From contig DYGS01000001.1 of NCBI GenBank assembly GCA_020724585.1, forward strand, positions 486,002-550,001: DNA of 64,000 bases, read 5' to 3'. The DNA comes from Candidatus Microgenomatus sp. GTDB taxonomy: Bacteria > Patescibacteriota > Microgenomatia > UBA8517. The stretch's first letter is position 1. The number at the start of each line of letters is the position of its first letter. Shown piece after piece: positions 1 through 10,170 of the stretch. The translations under genes were made by a program, and so were the position numbers. The notes beneath the pieces were generated by a model. That model worked only from the letters and a program-made list of their open reading frames with translations, made no database searches and was not told the origin of the DNA.

Positions 1-298
1 ACTAAATTGTCCCGCACCCCATGCGCAAGCGGTTCCAGTTGATTGCGATGGATCATAAGGACAGCCAGCAATTTGACCCGAAACAGAATCTGGATATCGA
101 CCATAATCGGCATAAAATAGTTCTAAAGAATGGGCAATCTGCTTCAAATCGGATTTTCTTTGCGCGTCGCGGCCCCTAACTTGAGCATTTCTAAAACTGC
201 CAACTGCTAGAGCAGCTAAAACACCGATGATCGACATCACAACAAGTAGTTCAATCAGAGTAAACCCTTTTTTATTTCTTAATTTTTCTTTCTTCATT
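1..298 (-). CDS. Type IV pilin (prepilin-type N-terminal cleavage/methylation domain); 5' partial at window edge
   Basis: Reverse-complement translation starts at the ATG at 298: MKKEKLRNKKGFTLIELLVVMSIIGVLAALAVGSFRNAQ... It has the canonical G/FTLIEL class III signal followed by a hydrophobic helix. It runs off the window start. It is absent from the ORF track because it is truncated. Confidence 0.7.
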
Positions 299-299
299 C

Positions 300-812
300 T
301 TAATTAACTCCTCTTCCATAATTACATATTTGGTTGCCACATTGCAAGTTTTGGCTTTCTGTTTCTTTATTGTACTCAGCTTCGGTTTTCCCTTCCAATG
401 AAACATAAATTTGATAATTTTCACCATCTGAAATATATAAGTAGCTTCGACCATCTTTATATGATGGATCGCGCGGAAGTGTTGGCATATTTTCAAAATT
501 TGACTGCCCCCACTCACAAGCGTTGGCATTTACTGGGCGATTTGAATAAGGATCTAGAATCGGATCTTGGCCGTTAAAGCAACCCACTATTTTGCCATCT
601 TCACTTGATAGGGGATAGGTACCGTATTTTGCTAAATACGATTCGAGGCCTTTCTGAAGAGCCGATAGATCATCTTTTCTGGTTGCATCTCTGCCTTTTC
701 TCATAGATATACTTAAATTAAAGCCAAAGACCAAAGTCAAAAATAAAAAAATTATAATTATTATTTTTGTTTCAGTCTTTGTAAATTTTTCTAATTGTTC
801 CATGGCTGACAT
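300..812 (-). CDS. Pilin-like/pseudopilin-like protein with non-canonical N-terminus
   Basis: It has an N-terminal hydrophobic helix (IIIIIFLFLTLVFGF). This is followed by RKGRDATRKDDLSALQKGLESYLAKYG. That segment resembles the post-helix region of the neighbouring pilins (NAQVRGRDAQRKSDLKQIA...). It lacks the GFTLIE motif. Confidence 0.45.
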   Translation of the reverse strand: MSAMEQLEKFTKTETKIIIIIFLFLTLVFGFNLSISMRKGRDATRKDDLSALQKGLESYLAKYGTYPLSSEDGKIVGCFNGQDPILDPYSNRPVNANACEWGQSNFENMPTLPRDPSYKDGRSYLYISDGENYQIYVSLEGKTEAEYNKETESQNLQCGNQICNYGRGVN

Positions 813-1447
813 TCATTATTTGGATTAGAACACTGGCCATAACATGTCGGATTTTGGAAATTAGGGTCACAAATCGGCCCAGGGCGATTCGGATCCCATT
901 GTATAAGCGTACAAACACCGCTAAAGCATCCATAAAAATCGGTTTGAGGTTCACCTCCACCACCTGGTGGAGGTGTTGTCTGCGATTCTGCCTCAACAAC
1001 AAGAGGAGCATTAGAACTTGCATATACAAAATTAAAAGCGGAGTTTGGCCCGATACCATTTAGATAGTCAGGATCTGCTTCGTTATCCAGCTTTGTGTAA
1101 ATCCTATACCATTTAGGACACGCCGCATCTTCGTGTTCATAAAAATAGGAGGCGCCAGTTACAGGGTCACAGGGAATTTTGTCGATGTAGGGCGTCAAGC
1201 CATTTCCAGGAGAACAGATAACTAAATTTGGCAAGGGATAACAATTTTTATCTTTTTCATACTCTTCAACGGCTTGACCAATTCGTTTAGCTTCAGCTTT
1301 TCTCCTCGCATCGTAGCTTTTTAATATTTGAGAGCGCAGATAAGTAGTTATTAAAATTGCCAGAAAAGCAATGAGACCAATAACAATTAAGATCTCGGTT
1401 AATGTCAGACCTCTGCCCGTGCTAGCAGGCTTTTTTAAGTATTTCAT
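791..1447 (-). CDS. Type IV pilin (prepilin), Cys-rich with Gly/Pro-rich C-terminus
   Basis: The N-terminus is ...GRGLTLTEILIVIGLIAFLAIL, a class III signal plus hydrophobic helix. It also contains a PPPGGGGEP tract and many Cys residues. Confidence 0.65.
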   Translation of the reverse strand: MKYLKKPASTGRGLTLTEILIVIGLIAFLAILITTYLRSQILKSYDARRKAEAKRIGQAVEEYEKDKNCYPLPNLVICSPGNGLTPYIDKIPCDPVTGASYFYEHEDAACPKWYRIYTKLDNEADPDYLNGIGPNSAFNFVYASSNAPLVVEAESQTTPPPGGGGEPQTDFYGCFSGVCTLIQWDPNRPGPICDPNFQNPTCYGQCSNPNNECQPWNN

Positions 1448-2154
1448 CTAAATAAGGTTATCAACCAAAAAGCTATAATTATAAACGGTCCAAAAGCAAT
1501 TTTTGTTTTTAATTTAGCTCTTTTTAATATTAGCATAATAGCAGAAACTATTCCTCCAATAATAAAAGATAAAGATACAAAATATATTAATTTATTTAGC
1601 CCAACTAACATTCCTAAGGGGATAACCAATTTTACATCTCCCAAACCCATACCACGGCCTTTGGTTACAAAATAAAGTGCAAGTAAGAATAATGAAAAAA
1701 CAAAACCACTGAACAAATAGCTATATGGTGTAAGCTCTAAGCCATATGGTGCATATGGCATATAGCATAAAGCATATAACATTGTTAGCCAAACTAATTC
1801 ATCAGGAATAAATTGATGTTCCAGATCTATAACAAGAATAATTAAGGTAATAGTATATAGTATGTAGTATATCGGGGAAAAACTAAAATAAAACAAAAAC
1901 GAAAAACCAATGGCAGTTGCGAGTTCAATTAGGGGATAACGAATAGAAATTTTTTGATTACAACACCTACTTTTTCCTCCATACAAAATATACGAGAGTA
2001 AAGGAATGTTGTCATACCACAAAAGCTTTACTTTACAGACATCACAAAACGATCTGCCTTTAATAAAATCCATTTTCCTGGGAAGTCTGTAGGTAAAAGC
2101 TCCTAAAAAAGAGCCTACCAACAGACTAATCAGGAATACAAACATAACATCCAT
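1444..2154 (-). CDS. pilD: Prepilin peptidase (A24 family)
   Basis: N-terminal Zn-binding CxxC...CC motifs (CDVCKVK...RCCNQ). Polytopic membrane protein. Contains the GMGLGDVKL motif. Confidence 0.85.
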   Translation of the reverse strand: MDVMFVFLISLLVGSFLGAFTYRLPRKMDFIKGRSFCDVCKVKLLWYDNIPLLSYILYGGKSRCCNQKISIRYPLIELATAIGFSFLFYFSFSPIYYILYTITLIILVIDLEHQFIPDELVWLTMLYALCYMPYAPYGLELTPYSYLFSGFVFSLFLLALYFVTKGRGMGLGDVKLVIPLGMLVGLNKLIYFVSLSFIIGGIVSAIMLILKRAKLKTKIAFGPFIIIAFWLITLFR

Positions 2155-2728
2155 TTGTTGTCCAGTTTACACCAGATCCATCGCCATTTGCACCATCACA
2201 TGTCGTAACGGGGCTTCCCCTTTCGCCAGTTGTTGTATTTGGCTGATAAACCTTACCATCTCTGACTGCTGTCTGTTTAGTAGAATTGGCAAGTGGTATA
2301 AAACATGCATAAACCGAAGCTGAAGACCCTGTTTCTTTACCTATTAAAATCTGCTTGTCTATTCCAGTTGCGCTTTTTTGAATAAAGTCTCGGCTTCTAA
2401 ATTCGGTTTTCATTTCATTTGTTGTGATCAAAACGCCGTCTGCCGCACATGTTGCGCCGCAAACACCTGCCTCTTGATCCGCTGCGGTCACAAATCCAAA
2501 CGGATCCTCTGTATCGTAACTCGAATTAACCGTCATCCAAGGAAATTCGGAATTGGCTGCAAAATATCTGTCTATTGCAGATATTAATTGGCCTCCATCA
2601 GATTTAAATCTTGTGTCTCTTGCACGATTGGCCTGTTCAATAGGGTTTATTGCCGCAATAACAATTAGTGCAATTGCCCCAAGAAGGCCTATGACAATCA
2701 AAAGTTCAACAAGAGTAAAACCGCGCAA
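2126..2728 (-). CDS. Type IV pilin (candidate major pilin)
   Basis: N-terminus MRGFTLVELLIVIGLLGAIALIVIA..., a canonical prepilin-type methylation motif. Confidence 0.8.
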   Translation of the reverse strand: MRGFTLVELLIVIGLLGAIALIVIAAINPIEQANRARDTRFKSDGGQLISAIDRYFAANSEFPWMTVNSSYDTEDPFGFVTAADQEAGVCGATCAADGVLITTNEMKTEFRSRDFIQKSATGIDKQILIGKETGSSASVYACFIPLANSTKQTAVRDGKVYQPNTTTGERGSPVTTCDGANGDGSGVNWTTNGCYVCIPD

Positions 2729-2793
2729 GTTATTAATTTTTAATTTATATTTATTAATTGTTGTTCACCTCCTTCATATTTAAGTATCAATCT

Positions 2794-3999
2794 TTAAAAT
2801 TGAGATGTCAAGTTATATATTGGCAAAATGATGGCAATTACCAAAAATCCTACACCCAGGCCAAGTATAACCATAACAATTGGCTCAATGGCTGAAGTCA
2901 ATGTTTTAACTTTTTGGTCTGATTCAACCGCAAAAACATGACTGACTTTTGACAAAACTTCCTCCATTTTTCCCGTTTCCTCTCCGACTGCAACCATCTG
3001 CGAGAGGATAAAAGGAAACGCTTCCGGATGTTTTGCAAAAGCGAAAGAGACAGGGAAACCTTTTTCAACCTGTCTTGAAACATCTTTCAGGGCATTTGAT
3101 ATAACTGCGTTGCCCACAACTTCTGATGTAATATTTAAGCCCTCTAAGATTGAAACTCCCGCACCAGTCATCAAAGAAAGGGTGCTTGTAAGCTCAGTTA
3201 ATACTACTTGTTTTTGAAGCTCGCCTATAACCGGAATTTTAAAAAGCAACTCGTCAGTTTTTAATTTTCCCTCGGGAGTCTTTCTATACGCTAAAAATGC
3301 ATATATAGCAAAAACAACCAGTGATAAAGTAACCGGCCAAAATTTAATCACAGCGTTTGAAATTCCTATTAAAATTTTCGTAGGAAGGGGAAGTTCTGTG
3401 TTAAATTCAGAATAAAGCGAAGTCAGCCGAGGAATAACAAATATCATCATTATGAAAGCTACGACAATCATACCGATAATTATTATTGCGGGGTAAATTA
3501 AAGCTCCTTTTACTTTACCTTTAAATTCTTGTTGCTTTTCCAAGTCATCAGCCAGTTTAACTAAAACTGTGTCCAAAACTCCACCGACCTCTCCCGATTT
3601 TACAAGAGCAATATAAGTTGGAGTAAAAACATTAGGATGCTTGGTTATGGCCTTTGAAAGTGACTCTCCACCCTCCACATCAGCCAATATCTGTGAAACA
3701 ACTTTGCCCATTGAGCCTTTTGCTTGAGAACGAAGAATTAGAAGTGCTTCTGTAATAGGAAGCCCAGCATTAACCATTGTTGCAAACTGCCGAGTAAAAG
3801 TTGCTATATCAGATGGCGTTATCCTGTCTTTGATCCTTTTAACAAAAGCTAAGGGACCCTCAAAAACTGGCTTGACTGATAAAACCAATAACCCCTTGCC
3901 GCGAACAAGTTTGGCCGCATTTGATTCGTTCACAGCTTCAACCTCACCGGTTATTATCTTACCTTCTTTGTTTTTTGCTTTGTAAATAAATCTTTTCAT
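2794..3999 (-). CDS. pilC: Type IV pilus inner-membrane platform protein (GspF/PilC family)
   Basis: 401 aa. Two GspF-like repeats with TM segments. Located between pilT and the pilin/pilD genes. Confidence 0.85.
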   Translation of the reverse strand: MKRFIYKAKNKEGKIITGEVEAVNESNAAKLVRGKGLLVLSVKPVFEGPLAFVKRIKDRITPSDIATFTRQFATMVNAGLPITEALLILRSQAKGSMGKVVSQILADVEGGESLSKAITKHPNVFTPTYIALVKSGEVGGVLDTVLVKLADDLEKQQEFKGKVKGALIYPAIIIIGMIVVAFIMMIFVIPRLTSLYSEFNTELPLPTKILIGISNAVIKFWPVTLSLVVFAIYAFLAYRKTPEGKLKTDELLFKIPVIGELQKQVVLTELTSTLSLMTGAGVSILEGLNITSEVVGNAVISNALKDVSRQVEKGFPVSFAFAKHPEAFPFILSQMVAVGEETGKMEEVLSKVSHVFAVESDQKVKTLTSAIEPIVMVILGLGVGFLVIAIILPIYNLTSQF

Positions 4000-4009
4000 G
4001 AAAAATAAC

Positions 4010-5074
4010 CTATAAGGAGCCTTTGACTAAACGATTTAGCTCTTCCGGCCGAAGCGACCATTCTTTGGCAATTTCCAATGTAATTTTTCCCGATTTAACC
4101 AATTGAGCAAGAGAGTGCTCGAGAGTTGCCATGCCCGTCTCAAGAGAGGTTTGTATTATTGAATCAATTTGATGAGTTTTTCCATCTCTTATCGCCGTTT
4201 TTATGGCAGTCGTACCAAGCATTACTTCATGGGCAACAACCCTACCACCGCCAACAGCAGAAATTAAGCGCTGAGAAAAAACGGCTTCCAAAATTGATGA
4301 CAGCTGCAGTCTAACTTGTGATTGCTGATCCTCGGGAAAGACATCTACAATTCTATCAACTGTTTGAGCAGCTGAATTTGTATGAAGCGTTGCAAAAACC
4401 AAATGACCAGTCTCAGCAATCGTCATGGCCGACTGTATAGTTTCAAAGTCGCGCATCTCGCCGACTAAAACAACATCGGGATCTTCGCGAAGAACCGACC
4501 TTAATGCAACTTGCCATGAATGTGTATCTGAACGCATTTCCCTTTGGGAAATAATTGACTTTATTGGTTTAAAGACAAACTCAACAGGATCTTCAATTGT
4601 AACAATATGGGTTGATCTGGTTTTGTTTATCTCATTTATTATCCCTGCTAATGTGGTTGATTTACCGTGCCCCGTGGGGCCTGTTACCAATACAAGCCCT
4701 TGGCGGAGAGTTGTAAAACTTGTTGCAACTTTTGGAAGTCCGAGTGTTGCAAGTTCAGGAATTTCAAGCGGAATCCGTCTGAAGGCAGCTGCCATTGAAC
4801 CTTTTTGGGTATAGGCATTTACTCTAAATCTTGCCTTGTCAGAAAATGAAAGTGAAAAATCAATTTCTTTATTAACCGTTAATCTTTCAAACTGCTCTCC
4901 GGTTAAGATCCCTTTTAGCCCTTCGGAAATTAGATCGGGAGTTAAAATACCGGAGTCGGGGAGTGACTTTAATTCGCCGTCAATTCTAACAGTTGGAGGA
5001 ACACCAGAAACCAAATGCAAATCTGATGCTTTTAAATCAATTGTCTGCTGCAACAAATGTTTTACATCAATCAT
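4010..5074 (-). CDS. pilT: Twitching-motility retraction ATPase PilT
   Basis: 354 aa. Walker A GPTGHGKSTT. PilT-like N-terminus MIDVKHLLQQTIDLKASDLHL. Lacks the GspE N-domain. Confidence 0.85.
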   Translation of the reverse strand: MIDVKHLLQQTIDLKASDLHLVSGVPPTVRIDGELKSLPDSGILTPDLISEGLKGILTGEQFERLTVNKEIDFSLSFSDKARFRVNAYTQKGSMAAAFRRIPLEIPELATLGLPKVATSFTTLRQGLVLVTGPTGHGKSTTLAGIINEINKTRSTHIVTIEDPVEFVFKPIKSIISQREMRSDTHSWQVALRSVLREDPDVVLVGEMRDFETIQSAMTIAETGHLVFATLHTNSAAQTVDRIVDVFPEDQQSQVRLQLSSILEAVFSQRLISAVGGGRVVAHEVMLGTTAIKTAIRDGKTHQIDSIIQTSLETGMATLEHSLAQLVKSGKITLEIAKEWSLRPEELNRLVKGSL

Positions 5075-5090
5075 ATAAATTAACTATATA

Positions 5091-6800
5091 CTACTCTTGG
5101 GCAACCCTCAATATCTCCTCAATTGATGTTTCCCCGGCCAAAACCTTTAAAAATCCATCCTGCTTCAAAGTAATCATGCCTTCTTCCCGGGCTTTCTTTT
5201 CAATAGCTGACGCCGGCGCCCGCTCCAAAATTAATTTGCCTATAGAGTCGGTAACAGGTAGCACTTCAAAAATTCCAACTCTGCCGTAATAACCGGTCAT
5301 ACCGCATTCTTGACAGCCTTTACCTCTATAAAACTTCACCTCTTTATCACTGGGAAAGTAAGATCCTAAGACAGCTTTCATTTCTTCTAAAACTTTAGGA
5401 TCGGGGGCAAAACTTTCTTTGCAAGCATCATGAACCTTTCTGGCAACTCTTTGAGCCACAATTGCAGTCATCGAAGATGTTAAAAGATAAGGCTCGGCTC
5501 CCATATCCAAAAGACGGGGGAGTGCACCAGATGAATTATTTGTATGCAGTGTTGAAAAAACCAAATGACCGGTTAAAGATGCTTGGATTGCCAGGTCGGC
5601 GGTTTCCTGATCTCTGATTTCTCCAACTAAAATAATATTGGGATCCTGTCTTAAAAATGCACGCAGTCCCGATGCAAAAGTCAGCCCAACCTGAGGATTT
5701 ATTTGTACCTGATTAACGCCTGCAATCTTGTATTCAATCGGGTCTTCCAAAGTCACGATATTTACCTTGGGAGTATTTACTTTTGAAATTATTGAATAAA
5801 GCGTTGTTGTTTTACCTGAACCCGTTGGGCCGCAAATTATAATTATTCCGTGCGGTCTTAAAATTGCCTCCTGCAAATTTGCCAAGGCTTTGCCGCGAAG
5901 GCCCAGAGTTTGAAGCTCAGGCACGCCCCCGGTTTTTTTAAGAAGTCTCATCACAATTTTTTCACCCCAGGTAGTCGGCAGGGTGGACACACGAAGATCA
6001 GTATCCGTATCATTGGCTTTAAAATTAAATCTACCGTCTTGAGGAATTCTTTTCTCGTCAATTTTTAATCCCGACAGTATTTTGATTCTTGAAACCAGTG
6101 AATCGTGAAGTTCTTTTGGAATTGTCAGCTTTTCATACAAAATTCCATCAATCCTATATCTGACTCTTGTTGCCCGTTCTTCGGGTTCAATATGAATATC
6201 CGAGGATCTTGATTTGACCGCAAATTCCAAAATATGGTTTACGATCTCCGATATTTTTTCCTCCCTTATAAATCCAACCTTCAAGTTTTGTAAAGGACTT
6301 ACCTTTTTCTCGGGAGCAACTTCTTTTAAAGCCTCTGTTACCTCTTGGGACAAAGAGGTTGCATATCTGGTTGAAATAATATCATTGAGTTTATCAGGCT
6401 CAACAGCTGCAGGTTTAACACGGAGACCAGTTTTTCTTTCAACAAATTCAATGGCAGTTAAATCCATTGGATCTGCCATAGCCAGAGTTATGGTTCTGCC
6501 TACCTTGTCAACTGAAAGCGGAAAAACATTGAATTTCAAAGAAACCTCTTGAGACAAAATCGACATTGCCTCAGGAGAAGCGGGGGAGGTGGCCAGATCA
6601 ACAAAAGGAATGTTATAAAGAGTTGCCTTGGCCTTGACTATATCGACTGAATTTACTAAATTTTGTTTTCTTAAGATTTCTTCCTGAGTCGTACCATATT
6701 GAACCTCGGCTAATTTTACCTGCTCAGCACGAGTTTTGTCCAACACACCCATTGAAACTAGGATATCGGCAAGATTTGTCCCCTGGGCAGTGTTTGACAT
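5091..6800 (-). CDS. pilB: Type IV pilus assembly ATPase PilB/GspE
   Basis: 569 aa. N-terminal GspII_E N-domain. Walker A GPTGSGKTTT. C-terminal tetracysteine Zn motif (CQECGMTGY...). Confidence 0.9.
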   Translation of the reverse strand: MSNTAQGTNLADILVSMGVLDKTRAEQVKLAEVQYGTTQEEILRKQNLVNSVDIVKAKATLYNIPFVDLATSPASPEAMSILSQEVSLKFNVFPLSVDKVGRTITLAMADPMDLTAIEFVERKTGLRVKPAAVEPDKLNDIISTRYATSLSQEVTEALKEVAPEKKVSPLQNLKVGFIREEKISEIVNHILEFAVKSRSSDIHIEPEERATRVRYRIDGILYEKLTIPKELHDSLVSRIKILSGLKIDEKRIPQDGRFNFKANDTDTDLRVSTLPTTWGEKIVMRLLKKTGGVPELQTLGLRGKALANLQEAILRPHGIIIICGPTGSGKTTTLYSIISKVNTPKVNIVTLEDPIEYKIAGVNQVQINPQVGLTFASGLRAFLRQDPNIILVGEIRDQETADLAIQASLTGHLVFSTLHTNNSSGALPRLLDMGAEPYLLTSSMTAIVAQRVARKVHDACKESFAPDPKVLEEMKAVLGSYFPSDKEVKFYRGKGCQECGMTGYYGRVGIFEVLPVTDSIGKLILERAPASAIEKKAREEGMITLKQDGFLKVLAGETSIEEILRVAQE

Positions 6801-7071
6801 AACATCATTATGAACTATTTTTTGGAGAAATGGTATACCTTTAATTAATCAGTCAGATTTTTTGCAGAAACAAATTCAAATTCAATACTATGTCACCTAA
6901 AATATCATCTATGGCGTGAAAGATGAAGGATGTTAATCGATTAAAAGAAATTCTTTGGATATCTAAAATCTAAATTTAATATTTCCAAGATATTTTTTGA
7001 CAATTCTAGAAAAATTTAGATTTGCATTCAGAGAACCTTTGTTCTCCCATAGTTTGGGAAATAGTAAATTT

Positions 7072-7082
7072 TGGTATATAAT
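7072..7082 (+). promoter_or_regulatory. Candidate extended -10 promoter element (TGgTATATAAT) for the glycan operon
   Basis: Sequence TGGTATATAAT lies ~12 nt upstream of the ATG at 7094. No convincing -35 was found. Confidence 0.35.
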
Positions 7083-7093
7083 TCGCTTAATTT

Positions 7094-7888
7094 ATGGCTG
7101 AAAGAGTAACTTCTATTCTCTATAGAACTTATAGCGGTGAAAACAAAGCTCCTCGCCCTGATTGGTACTCCAAAGAACTATGTCTTAAAAGTATGTTAGT
7201 TTCGTATGACCTTTTGAAACAGCAACTTCCTGCAAATTTTACACTTATGTTTGACGGTGAGCTGAACCCTCACGATGAGTGGGCAAAAACATTAAAAAGA
7301 ATGGTGGAACCACGAGGGCTTATAGTGGAAAAAACGCACCAGGGAAATTGCGAGACAACTATGAATGCTATATATCAAGCCTCAGAGTACCCTGATAATC
7401 AAGTGGTAGTAATAGCGGAAGATGATTATCTATGGCTAGCACCTTCGTTGATCGGGCTTTATCATTCTCTCACTGAATTGCCAGCTCATTATTCCACTCC
7501 ATATGATCACCCAGTAAGATATCAACCTGATTACCCTTTAGGGGCAGATTATCCACATTGGCACAATACCATTTATGTCACATCAGAAAGGCATTGGAGA
7601 ACTCAAGAGTCAACCTGCATGACTTTTGCATCAATCTCAGGAACTTTGCGAGATGATCTGGAATATTTTGAAAAATACAAAGATAACGGTAAAGGAAAAC
7701 CAGAAGACAGGGAGTTGTTCAGAGAAATGCAAGGCCTAGAGGCTTATCAATATAAGCATCCTGATACACCCCGAATTCTTGTTGGACCGATGCCTTCATT
7801 GGCAACACACGCACACCTGCCATGGCTTGCACCACTTATAGATTGGGAAACAGAAGCAAGAAGAGTTAATGATATAAAGTTAGAATAA
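7094..7888 (+). CDS. Hypothetical protein, first gene of the glycan-modification operon
   Basis: 264-aa ORF with tight downstream coupling (4-bp gap to the next gene). No motif recognised. Confidence 0.5.
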   Translation: MAERVTSILYRTYSGENKAPRPDWYSKELCLKSMLVSYDLLKQQLPANFTLMFDGELNPHDEWAKTLKRMVEPRGLIVEKTHQGNCETTMNAIYQASEYPDNQVVVIAEDDYLWLAPSLIGLYHSLTELPAHYSTPYDHPVRYQPDYPLGADYPHWHNTIYVTSERHWRTQESTCMTFASISGTLRDDLEYFEKYKDNGKGKPEDRELFREMQGLEAYQYKHPDTPRILVGPMPSLATHAHLPWLAPLIDWETEARRVNDIKLE

Positions 7889-7891
7889 AAT

Positions 7892-9055
7892 ATGAATGTA
7901 AAAATTGCTGTTATTGGAGGAGGAATCGCTGGCTTATCAATTGCTCGTGATTTGGCTTTGAGAGGTTTTGATATTACTCTTTTTGATAAACAAAAAATAG
8001 GTAATGGAACAACCACTCAGTGCGCGGGAATGCTCCACTCAGGTGCAAGGTACGCAACTAAAAATTTAAGGACAGCAAAGCTCTGTTTGCAAGAAAACAG
8101 AATAGTACAAAAAATTGTTCCTCATGCGGTTGGTAAACAGAAAGCTTATTTCGTAAGATACACAGATGATGAGCCTGAATATGAAAAGAACTTCGTTGAA
8201 AGCTGCAAAAAGGTTGGAATTCCGATTAAGAAAATATCTGGTGATTACGCAAAACAAAATGAACCAATGTTAGGGCCACAGATAAGTCATGCGTTTGAGA
8301 CACCTGACAAAGTAATCGATACTTTCACTCTCGTATTCTCTTATTTTTATGACTTAAAGAAACGAAGTAATGTAAAAATATACGAAAATACAGAAATTAA
8401 GTCTGCGAAATTTGACAAAGACAAATGGGAGATGAAAACAAATAAGGCCACTTTTAGTTTCGACTTTGTAATCAATTCCTCTGGAGACGGTTTAACTCAA
8501 GTTAGTAAGTTATTTGGACGGAATATCGAGCTTTCTTACATCTACGGCTCAATGGCCCTATTTAGTGGCAGATTAAGCTCACGGATAATTACAAGGTGTG
8601 CTCCAAATGCCACGGGAGATGTTATAGTTCCTGCACACAAATATACACTTATTGGATCAACCTGGCACGAGAGAGACAAAAGAAGCGTGGTTAAAATCAA
8701 CAAGGAAGACGAAAAAGAGATAAGAGAAATCGCAGGGAATATGATTCCAAAAGCGAGAGACTCAAAACTGTTGTCTAGCTTAACCAGCGTACGGACTCAT
8801 TTAAGAGATGATTCTTACTCCGATTCTTTTGGTAATAAAAGAGACTTCCTTATACTTGAGCATCAAGACAACGGTAAATATATTAATCTCCTGAGCGTAT
8901 TACCTGGAAAAATGACTATAGCAAGATATGTAGCTGAGCAAGTTGGGGATATTGTATGTAAGAGACTAAATATCAAGAAGAAATCAAAAACGGCAATTAC
9001 ACCAATAAAAAAGCCAATAAATATTTCAAGAAGGTTCAAATTTTATATTAGTTAA
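7892..9055 (+). CDS. FAD-dependent oxidoreductase, glycerol-3-phosphate dehydrogenase/oxidase-like
   Basis: N-terminus KIAVIGGGIAGLSIARDLALRGFDITLFDK...GTTTQCAGMLHSGARY matches the GlpA/GlpD/GlpO dinucleotide-binding and GxxSxxxKLxHGGxRY region. Confidence 0.7.
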   Translation: MNVKIAVIGGGIAGLSIARDLALRGFDITLFDKQKIGNGTTTQCAGMLHSGARYATKNLRTAKLCLQENRIVQKIVPHAVGKQKAYFVRYTDDEPEYEKNFVESCKKVGIPIKKISGDYAKQNEPMLGPQISHAFETPDKVIDTFTLVFSYFYDLKKRSNVKIYENTEIKSAKFDKDKWEMKTNKATFSFDFVINSSGDGLTQVSKLFGRNIELSYIYGSMALFSGRLSSRIITRCAPNATGDVIVPAHKYTLIGSTWHERDKRSVVKINKEDEKEIREIAGNMIPKARDSKLLSSLTSVRTHLRDDSYSDSFGNKRDFLILEHQDNGKYINLLSVLPGKMTIARYVAEQVGDIVCKRLNIKKKSKTAITPIKKPINISRRFKFYIS

Positions 9056-9063
9056 ATCCATAT

Positions 9064-10170
9064 ATGAATAAAAAGAATGCTTGGCAAATTTTATTTACAC
9101 CAGGTCCTGTTGGAGTTAAAAAAAGTGTATTAAAAGAGCTTTCAAAACCAATTCTATTTCATAGAACCAAACCCTTTGAGCAGGTTTACGCGCAAGTAAG
9201 CACTAAACTTAATAGAGTGTTTGATGCTAATGACAAATACTGCACATTAATAATGTCAGGCTCGGGAACTATGGCTAACGAGTCTGTTGTTATTAGTTTA
9301 ATAAACACTGATCAAAAGCTATTAATTGTTTCTAATGGACAATTTGGAGAAAGACTTGCCACAATAGCAAGTGTTCACAATACTAAGCACAAAGTGCTAA
9401 ATTTTGGTTGGGCAAATCCTATCAATATTTCAGAGCTAGAGAAAAAAATAAAAGTGTACAAACCAAACTGGCTTTTTGTGACTCTTCTTGAAACTAGTAC
9501 TGGTATGGCTAACCCCATAAATGAGATTGGAATGTTATGTAAAAAATATCACATAGATCTTTTCGTTGACGCTGTAAGCGGACTTGGAGCCGAACGACTC
9601 TCCATGATTAAAGACAACATAAGTGTGTGTACTTCAGTCCCAAATAAAGCATTAGAGGCACCATCGGGACTAAGTTTTATATGTGTGAGGAGAAACTTGT
9701 TGGATGAAATACATGAGACAAAAAGCTATTATCTTGATCTTAAACGGTATTATGTATCATCACTTAAAAATCAAACACCAACTACCCCTGCACTACCAAA
9801 TTTCGTATCACTTAATAAAGCACTCGATCTCTTACTAAAAGAGGGTGTAAACGGTCGCAGAAAAAGATATCTTAGACTTTCTAGCAAAGTTATGAAATTA
9901 TGCAAATCCTTAAATATTCCAATATTAATAACTACCAAAAAGTATAAAGCGAGTGCCATAACAACTTTAGTATTACCTAGTCACGAGGTGGCTGAAAAAT
10001 TATCCCTTTATTTATTAAAGAAAGGGATGACTGTATGGCACCACGACTATAAACAGGAAGATCCCCGCATGAATAGCCTTATGCAAATCTCCATTATGGG
10101 AGATATTAACTCGTTAGATATAGATAGATTATTTACGGAGATTAAGAACTTCAATATTTATGGCAAGTAA
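9064..10170 (+). CDS. Class V (PLP) aminotransferase, PhnW/AGXT-like
   Basis: 368 aa. N-terminal TPGP...LFHRTKPF pattern is typical of AEP-transaminase and serine-pyruvate aminotransferase. Confidence 0.7.
   Translation: MNKKNAWQILFTPGPVGVKKSVLKELSKPILFHRTKPFEQVYAQVSTKLNRVFDANDKYCTLIMSGSGTMANESVVISLINTDQKLLIVSNGQFGERLATIASVHNTKHKVLNFGWANPINISELEKKIKVYKPNWLFVTLLETSTGMANPINEIGMLCKKYHIDLFVDAVSGLGAERLSMIKDNISVCTSVPNKALEAPSGLSFICVRRNLLDEIHETKSYYLDLKRYYVSSLKNQTPTTPALPNFVSLNKALDLLLKEGVNGRRKRYLRLSSKVMKLCKSLNIPILITTKKYKASAITTLVLPSHEVAEKLSLYLLKKGMTVWHHDYKQEDPRMNSLMQISIMGDINSLDIDRLFTEIKNFNIYGK

Noticed and set aside
772-1063. Short ORFs 772..1059 (-) and 854..1063 (+), and similar antisense or out-of-frame ORFs inside the pilB/pilT/pilC, gyrB, gyrA, clpB and hsdR genes
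   Set aside because: They are fully embedded in longer ORFs with clear homology signatures. They have no independent motifs or start context and are typical frame-shadow ORFs.
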